Below are positions 61,431 through 64,000 of a stretch of 64,000 bases of DNA, in pieces. Position numbers and translations under genes: made by a program. The stretch is taken from contig AE017150.2 of assembly GCA_000002445.1 (NCBI GenBank), forward strand, positions 864,001-928,000, in the 5' to 3' direction. The notes below the pieces were generated by a model that saw only the letters and a list, made by a program, of their open reading frames with translations, made no database searches and was not told the DNA's origin. This DNA is from Trypanosoma brucei. Taxonomy: Eukaryota. Within the stretch, counting starts at the first letter, position 1. Each line of letters opens with the position of its first letter.

Positions 61431-64000
61431 ATGAATGAAGAACCACCTCAGATGGGGAAGTTATTGCTGGAAGCAGAGATCCCAGAGGAACTGTTGAAGG
61501 ACAAAACACCACAGGAACAAAACATAATCATGCGCGGTCACCTAACGCAGCGCCGCTTCGAGCAGAACGAAACGCCTGTTGTTCGGGATGTGGTGCGGCA
61601 AAAGGTGAAGGAAGACGTACGACAGCTGGGGCTGAAAACATATCCTGCGCAACGACGAGCGCAGACGACTAACCAACTGAACGTCATGCGGGAGATGCAC
61701 CAGGCCACGAAATTCAGAAATCCTACGGCAGCCCCATTGCCAATGCGGTTACCGCCACTTCTAGGAAAAATGCTGCGGCGGCAAAACAGTACGGGTGCGA
61801 AATCTACGCTGCTCGCACAGGATGGCGGTGCAAGTGCGGTGAACCCCGACGCTGAGGTTGAGAAGGATGGAAAGAGGTTGGCCTCGGCACAAGGGCAAGG
61901 TGACAGAGTTAATCCCTCTGCGAGTGGACGAAAATACTTTTTGTTGGAAGATTTTGATAGCACCGATTTTGAGCTTCATACGCCGGAAGAGTGGGTTGCG
62001 CTCGGCGAAGCATGTGGGGGTACGCCGGCGCGGTCGCGCTACTTCATCAAAACAACGAATGGGACGGAGTGGCGTCCATGTCGTGTCGTGGCGTACAATG
62101 AGTCCAGCTGTTGCTACCGCATCGTGTGGGAGTGCGATGGTTGTAGCAAGTGGACCACCAGGCTGAACATTATATTTGATGATGAAAGCGAGTTGAAGTG
62201 GCTTGAGCGTGTACGGCAAGCTGAGGCATATCGAGATGAAACAGAAGCAGCGCTTCGGAGTCGCCTGTACATAGAACAGCTCGACAAGAGCATTCTGGCT
62301 CCAATGGATCAGGTGCAAATGGAGCGGATTCTCTCCCTCGTTGCCCGTCGGTTTCCAATCACAACGCTATCGCTTGTTGATTGTTGTACGCGCGAGGTGG
62401 AAGAACTCTACTATTACAGTCTCAAGCGAGCGCAACACTGGCGGGAGATGGTGAGTGACCCAGAGGAACGGAAGAGAGCACACTTACTGGGACTTCCACC
62501 TCCACCGCCAGGGATGGTGACCGAGACATATACTGAGTCGACGAAGGAGTTACGCGGCACAATTGACACACCATCACCCAATTTTGAGGCCGCACGACAG
62601 TTCGTGGCGGAAAATCTCTTCCAGACACATTTGCTACTGAATACGACCATTCATTCCATTCACTCACAGTGGGGCGAGTACAAGTCTCAGTTGTTCTGCT
62701 TAACACAGTACGGCAAGGGTGACACACCGCTGCAGCTCCGATTGTTCAGTGACATGCAGTCGCACCGCGGTATTGCCACTGCCGAGAAGTTGCGGAATGA
62801 GTGGAGTATGAACGTACGGTACACAATCCTGAACAAGCTGGACCTCCATTTCAAGTTTTATGAAGATGATATAAATCGATACAACGGCAGTCGCATGAAC
62901 CGCTTTGTGAACCTTGTCAACATCATGATGACATCTCAGCTACGTGAGTTACTGGTCGCCTCGCTACAGGAATATGCCGACTTTATCTATCAGTACCGTA
63001 CAGTACCGCTTGACGGCGATGAGGAGATGGAAGAGCTTCAGGAAGACATTGAAGAGGCTCAACACTGGGTGAGACGTCAAAACGAGTGGAAAGCGAAACT
63101 GCGCGCTGACGCTGAAGGAGAACAAGAGCGGTTGCGCAGTGGTGGCGCATCGGCTGGCCCCACAGGCAGTTCCCGCCGTGTCCCGCCTAAGGCCGAAGAG
63201 GAAGATGCGGATGGGGAGGTACCCTTTGTTTGGCGGCTGGGCCAATTCCGGAACAGTATACCGTACACAAGGAGAGTAGTCGAAATGACGATGAACACAC
63301 GCGGCTTACAGCCACTGTTTATACTGAACCTCGTGGAGGAGGACGGCCGCGTTGTATTCTTCCCCACACTTGAGGAAGTCAAACTTCGTGTGCGCGGTGT
63401 CTTTGAGAGCTGTTTCGAACATGCGGATAGAATACAAGGTATGGGTGATCAGCTTTTCCCCTTGTTGCAGCTCCCGCAGGTGATACTCCAACCTCTCGGC
63501 CCGCAGGAACCAGTTGTGTGTGAGGCACGTCGCTTGATTGACAAGGCTCTTGAGGACAACGTCGAGGCCCCTATGCAGCTTCTGCAAATGTACCAAACTT
63601 TTGAGTACATACTACGACTTGATCCTAACGACCTTGTTGAGGAGGCAAACGAGCGTCAGTTGTCCTTGCACGACTTCGACTGGACGTTCGAGCGACTCAC
63701 TCGTGACAAGGAGCGCATTGTGCACCGTACGCATAATCATGTCAAGTACGAAATGTTTTTTATTGACTGTACAGGGATTAAAACAACACTAATCACAAAA
63801 GCAACCAATGTTCAGGACGCGTTGATGGAAGCACTAGCGCAGCGTCTAAGGGGAAATTGTACTTCTATTATAAATGAATATAATATGATGAGTAATCGCA
63901 TGGCGGTGGAGCCTCGAACACCGGAAGAGTTGCAGGAGCTACGTGACTTCCTTGATGCTATTCCGGGCCGTCAGGAACAAATAAACGTGGTGTTCGACAC
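61431..64000 (+). CDS. dynein heavy chain, N-terminal tail region (partial; continues beyond window end)
   Basis: Manual translation from the ATG at 61431 gives more than 850 codons with no stop, up to the window edge. The composition and motifs (for example ...EYNMMSNRMAVEPRTPEELQELRDFLDAIP...) are typical of the DHC N-terminal region 1. Confidence 0.55.
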   Translation, partial: MNEEPPQMGKLLLEAEIPEELLKDKTPQEQNIIMRGHLTQRRFEQNETPVVRDVVRQKVKEDVRQLGLKTYPAQRRAQTTNQLNVMREMHQATKFRNPTAAPLPMRLPPLLGKMLRRQNSTGAKSTLLAQDGGASAVNPDAEVEKDGKRLASAQGQGDRVNPSASGRKYFLLEDFDSTDFELHTPEEWVALGEACGGTPARSRYFIKTTNGTEWRPCRVVAYNESSCCYRIVWECDGCSKWTTRLNIIFDDESELKWLERVRQAEAYRDETEAALRSRLYIEQLDKSILAPMDQVQMERILSLVARRFPITTLSLVDCCTREVEELYYYSLKRAQHWREMVSDPEERKRAHLLGLPPPPPGMVTETYTESTKELRGTIDTPSPNFEAARQFVAENLFQTHLLLNTTIHSIHSQWGEYKSQLFCLTQYGKGDTPLQLRLFSDMQSHRGIATAEKLRNEWSMNVRYTILNKLDLHFKFYEDDINRYNGSRMNRFVNLVNIMMTSQLRELLVASLQEYADFIYQYRTVPLDGDEEMEELQEDIEEAQHWVRRQNEWKAKLRADAEGEQERLRSGGASAGPTGSSRRVPPKAEEEDADGEVPFVWRLGQFRNSIPYTRRVVEMTMNTRGLQPLFILNLVEEDGRVVFFPTLEEVKLRVRGVFESCFEHADRIQGMGDQLFPLLQLPQVILQPLGPQEPVVCEARRLIDKALEDNVEAPMQLLQMYQTFEYILRLDPNDLVEEANERQLSLHDFDWTFERLTRDKERIVHRTHNHVKYEMFFIDCTGIKTTLITKATNVQDALMEALAQRLRGNCTSIINEYNMMSNRMAVEPRTPEELQELRDFLDAIPGRQEQINVVFD

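Noticed and set aside
1-64000. CRISPR arrays, rRNA genes, prokaryotic operon or defence-system architecture
   Set aside because: The sequence is eukaryotic (kinetoplastid-like polycistrons and eukaryotic housekeeping proteins such as SPT5, PRP19, CCT-like, dynein and TTL). No direct-repeat/spacer arrays or rRNA-like segments were seen.

Overview
The window is a trypanosomatid (Trypanosoma-like) nuclear chromosome segment organised as two divergent polycistronic transcription units (PTUs). Evidence for this: long intron-less ORFs packed on one strand, polypyrimidine-rich intergenic spacers, (CA)n/(GA)n microsatellites, and recognisable kinetoplastid-type housekeeping proteins. Positions 1-34934 carry about 21 minus-strand genes: partial mitochondrial uL11, a type I membrane surface protein with a truncated duplicate, a GDSL esterase, a giant protein with multiple RanBP2 zinc fingers, a Beclin/UVRAG-like BARA-domain protein, NEP1/EMG1, an acyl-CoA oxidase-like protein, SPT5, a MORN protein, PP2C, OLA1/YchF and a divergent TCP-1-family chaperonin-like protein. 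Positions 41713-64000 carry about 15 plus-strand genes: a VAMP7-like longin R-SNARE, a TPR protein, a type I DnaJ with CaaX box, an aldo-keto reductase, HOP2, a proline-rich protein with a 42-bp tandem repeat array, an SDR, a protein kinase, PRP19, a tubulin-tyrosine-ligase-like protein and the 5' part of a dynein heavy chain. The 6.7-kb divergent strand-switch region between them (35029-41712) is the most interesting part. It holds a degenerate retroelement in gag / tyrosine-recombinase / RT-RNaseH order, as in VIPER among DIRS-like elements. This element sits inside one copy of a ~565-bp SIRE-like repeat. A second, intact copy of that repeat lies 1.1 kb away in inverted orientation and abuts the first gene of the minus-strand PTU. 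No rRNA, tRNA or CRISPR features could be supported. All protein assignments come from reading the translations and recognising motifs, not from database searches.
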